A stretch of DNA of 64,000 nt from Hyphochytrium catenoides (lineage: Eukaryota; Protista; Hyphochytriomycota): assembly GCA_900088475.1 (NCBI GenBank), contig FLMG01001166.1, positions 1 to 64,000 of the forward strand. Direction: 5' to 3'. The position numbers and the translations under genes are program-made. Shown here piece after piece: positions 60,901-64,000 of the stretch (its first letter is position 1; each line of letters starts with the position of its first letter). The notes beneath the pieces were generated by a model, which saw only the letters and a program-made list of their open reading frames with translations, was not told the origin of the DNA and made no database searches.

Positions 60901-62033
60901 ATGGTAAGTTCAAACCTACTACAAGTATGGATGCTCCTGCTGCAGTTGTACGGTTGTCTTTATGTTGTCTGTCCTGCTGTTGGTTCCAATCACCATCATC
61001 TACTTAGGAAGTTATTAGCGCTGCTCTGGAGGACATGATGACTGAACATTAGGCCATCGTTGACTTGGACCCACGATGGGATGGAGGAGGGAACATGGGG
61101 GGGAAGGAACAATGGAGGAGGAGGAGGATAAGATGGAAGGAAGAAGGCTAACGCCGATGATGGGTTGCCGCCCTCCACGTGTGGGAGATGTGGAGGCTCT
61201 GGCAGTTGCCGCACTGGACTTTATAAAACTTGCTCGTCCCGTCGACAAGAGGAGAAAGAGAGAGCAGCAAGGAGACGCCAGAGGAGATGGTTGAATGGGA
61301 GAACAACTGCAATACTTCTCTCATGAACTCATGATGCTGCCACCACGCCCTATAATATTAAGTAAATCGTCGTACATACTTAGGAAGGGTAAGAAAGGAG
61401 GCACAGGTGCTGCCATCAATCTTCTTCCGTTGGCTAGACTCTTAGATCTCGGCCGAGACGAGGGGAGAGCATTGGGAAAGAGATCCAAACAGACAAACGA
61501 TAGAAGAAGAGAGTAGCAAGCGGTACCCAGTAGCCTGCCAGCGCCAGTCCGTCTCTCAATATTGTTACCTAAAGGGTGGCTAGCTGTCATAATCGATCTA
61601 TGAGGTTCTGTCTTTCTTTTCTATTATGCAACCCTTGCTCGGCCGTCAATCCTTCTTTCCCTCCTTTCCTCCCCCTCCTGTAGGAGGGCCGTTATCGCCG
61701 TGAACATAATAAAGTTCATCACCTTTGAACGAGACTTGGAACGCAGGAGGAGCTGCTTCGTCAATAGTCTGTTATATTGGCAAGTTACTCTGCTTTGACT
61801 TAGTAATCCTCAAAGCACGTATCATTATTTCAGTCGTACTGTTGCCCTAGGTTGTTGATGAATGAATGTGGAGGTTTTAGTCATCACGCTGGCTCGTCGG
61901 AAAGAAGCAGTTAGTTCTTGCACTATCTCTGTCCTCTAACCTAGGATTTTACCATATCCCAATCTCCCTAGTACCCCATTGTGAACTTTTAGGCCCTCAG
62001 ATTAACTGAGGTCATCAGCTCAGGTGGTGGCTA

Positions 62034-64000
62034 ATGAAGCGAAGCAAGATGAAGCTTCAGATGTGGCTTATGATGCTCTTCTGCTATTACCTGTCTGGAT
62101 ATGACCGTGATATGAGGATGGTGCAAGCTCAGGTTGCCGTGGGAGGTATCTGTAGCTGCATTGGGCGTCAATCACTGAGGGGCCACCTCATAATCTATGG
62201 TGATCCTGACACGTCAACCTACTGGAAAGCAGTCCAGACTGGTTTCCTAGAAGCATCCAAGCGACTCTGCATCCGTGCAGACATTCGGACGGTCCCTGCA
62301 ACGGAGTTTTTCACTAAGTATCAATACTCTGCACGTGATGCACTAAATAGTCGACTGCAAGCATTCCTAAGTGAAGCAAGCCAGTATCCTCCCACTACCG
62401 ACTTCATCGTCACGTCCGCCGTGAATGAATGGCACAGAAGGAGCCGTAGCTGCGCTCCGGAGTGCTGGCTACAAGGTCTTTACTATTGGAAGCTACACCC
62501 CTCAGGGACATCTGCATGTGGGGCAGGATGACTATGACGCTGGCTTCCGCGCGGGAACACGTTGCGGCCAGGACCAGGCGCTGGATAATCTTTGCATCAT
62601 CCATCAAGGGGCCAATCCGGTCTTTGTGGAACGATGTCGAGGCTTTCAAGATGGAGTCAAGAAAGCATGCACAAAGTGCAAAGCCCGGGTTGTGATGGTT
62701 AACAATGATAATATGGAAGAAGCTATCATCACTATCCGCGAAGCTGCGACAGTGAACACGACAGGCTTCTTCGTCCTCTCTGACACAATGTCTCAACCAT
62801 TGAAACGAGCTGTCCAGGGTCTGCCGACACCAAAGACTCCCTTCATCTTGGGGTCCTGTGACCTTTTGGAGAACAATCGCAAACTTCTCCGAGAGAAGCA
62901 ACTAAGCTTTGTCGCCGACCAGCAGCCATATCTCAAGGTTACATAGCAACCATGACTGCAGTGCAATTCATGTGGACTGGGAACAAGCCCGTAAATCGAT
63001 ATATCAATACGGGCTCCTATCTTGTCAATGCGATTGTCAGGACGAAGAGATGCTAAAGCAAAGCGAAGTCCGCCTCCGCATCGTTCTCAGCGGGCGAGAT
63101 ACGAGTCAATTCTGGCAAGTAGTCAAGAGTGGCTTTCGTGAGGCTGCTGCAGATACTGGCCTTGAGTACAAAGACTGCAATAACCAAACGGTCGTCTGTA
63201 ATGCCACCGACGGACTGCAATACCGCGCACCTGCGGGAACTTTTGACGTTGGAATGGCGAACAGTTTCCTGGATGATCTGGTCGTGGAGAAAGCCAATGG
63301 TATCGTCCTCACTGTTGCTAATAGTGAAGCAATGGCAGACTCAATCTTAAACGCGGACAAGGCTGGGTAAAGATGTTGACCTTCAATTCGTGGCAGACGG
63401 CACGGGCAGACATTGGCGTGAATTTTGCCACTCATATTGGTCAGGACGAATGTGTGGCGGGTTTCATGATGGGAGAGCGCCTAAGAACATTGGGCTTTAG
63501 ATCCATCCTTTTTCTCAACTCACAAGTAGGCAATATTGGAACGGACCTTCGGTTGGGAGGGTTGAACGCAGCTTTCAATGGCAGTGGCATCAGCGTCCAT
63601 ATAGCCAAAGTAGCATCTGACAACATCCCAGCGTCGTACAAAGCAATGGACGATGTCTTTGCTCTCGGTACTTCTCCCCCAATTGACTGCATGATTGCCA
63701 TTGGTTCCTTTACCGCACACGCCGTGAAGTACGTAACCACCAATAGTACATCTGGTTCGGTTGCCTCGCAGTCCAAGGTCGTTAACTTCGATGTGAACGA
63801 GCAAATATTGGCGATGATACAAGCGGGCAACGTTGCGTTCTCCATCAACCAGCAACAGTATCTCCAGGGGTATTTGCCAATCGTTCTCATGCACCTCCTT
63901 CTGGTCTCTGGGCAGCAGTTGAGGGAGCCACTTATCCTCACGGGCCCCAGCATCGTTGATTTGAGCAACATTAACAATCACTGCATGGGCTACCTCTGTC
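62034..64000 (+). pseudogene. Secreted tandem type-I periplasmic sugar-binding-protein (Peripla_BP_4-like) domain gene; 4 frameshifts; runs off the window
   Basis: Signal-peptide-like start. Repeat 1: TYWKAVQTGFLEAS..HVGQDDYDAGFRAG..ERCRGF..FVADQQPYLQGY..INTG. Repeat 2: FWQVVKSGFREAA..HIGQDECVAGFMMG..FSINQQQYLQGYLP..ILTGPSIV. Frame breaks at about 62427 (GAAT duplication), 62933, 63030 and 63367. Confidence 0.8.

Noticed and set aside
62427-63370. Programmed frameshifting or micro-introns in the PBP gene
   Set aside because: No slippery heptamers or GT-AG pairs at the break points; a 4-nt duplication and 1-nt losses explain them.
63441-63981. Minus-strand ORFs of 178 and 153 aa
   Set aside because: Antisense shadows of the + strand PBP frame, which is open from 63367 to the window end.

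Overview
Eukaryotic nuclear DNA of roughly balanced GC, with many short GT-AG introns that are CT-rich on the sense strand. The UBA5 sequence suggests a stramenopile or oomycete-like protist (my inference, no search run). The ORF track mostly shows exon fragments, so I assembled spliced models by hand. Intact conserved genes: CHMP1, UBA5, ASS1, an AidB-like acyl-CoA dehydrogenase, CPSF4, an F-box/WD40 protein and a SET-domain methyltransferase. Divergent genes: Clu/TPR, HTH/AT-hook, Par3-N-like + PDZ, PH-kinase, a beta-sandwich/PP2A-B56-like fusion and a tandem methyltransferase. An intronless, fungal-looking MDR oxidoreductase lies near a MITE-like inverted repeat. At the right end, a 7TM-RGS gene (AtRGS1-like architecture, one in-frame TGA) sits head-to-head with a secreted tandem periplasmic sugar-binding-protein gene carrying 4 frameshifts. 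Several intergenic blocks look like decayed intron-containing genes. No rRNA, tRNA, CRISPR or autonomous transposon was recognised. All family calls come from motif recognition, not database searches.
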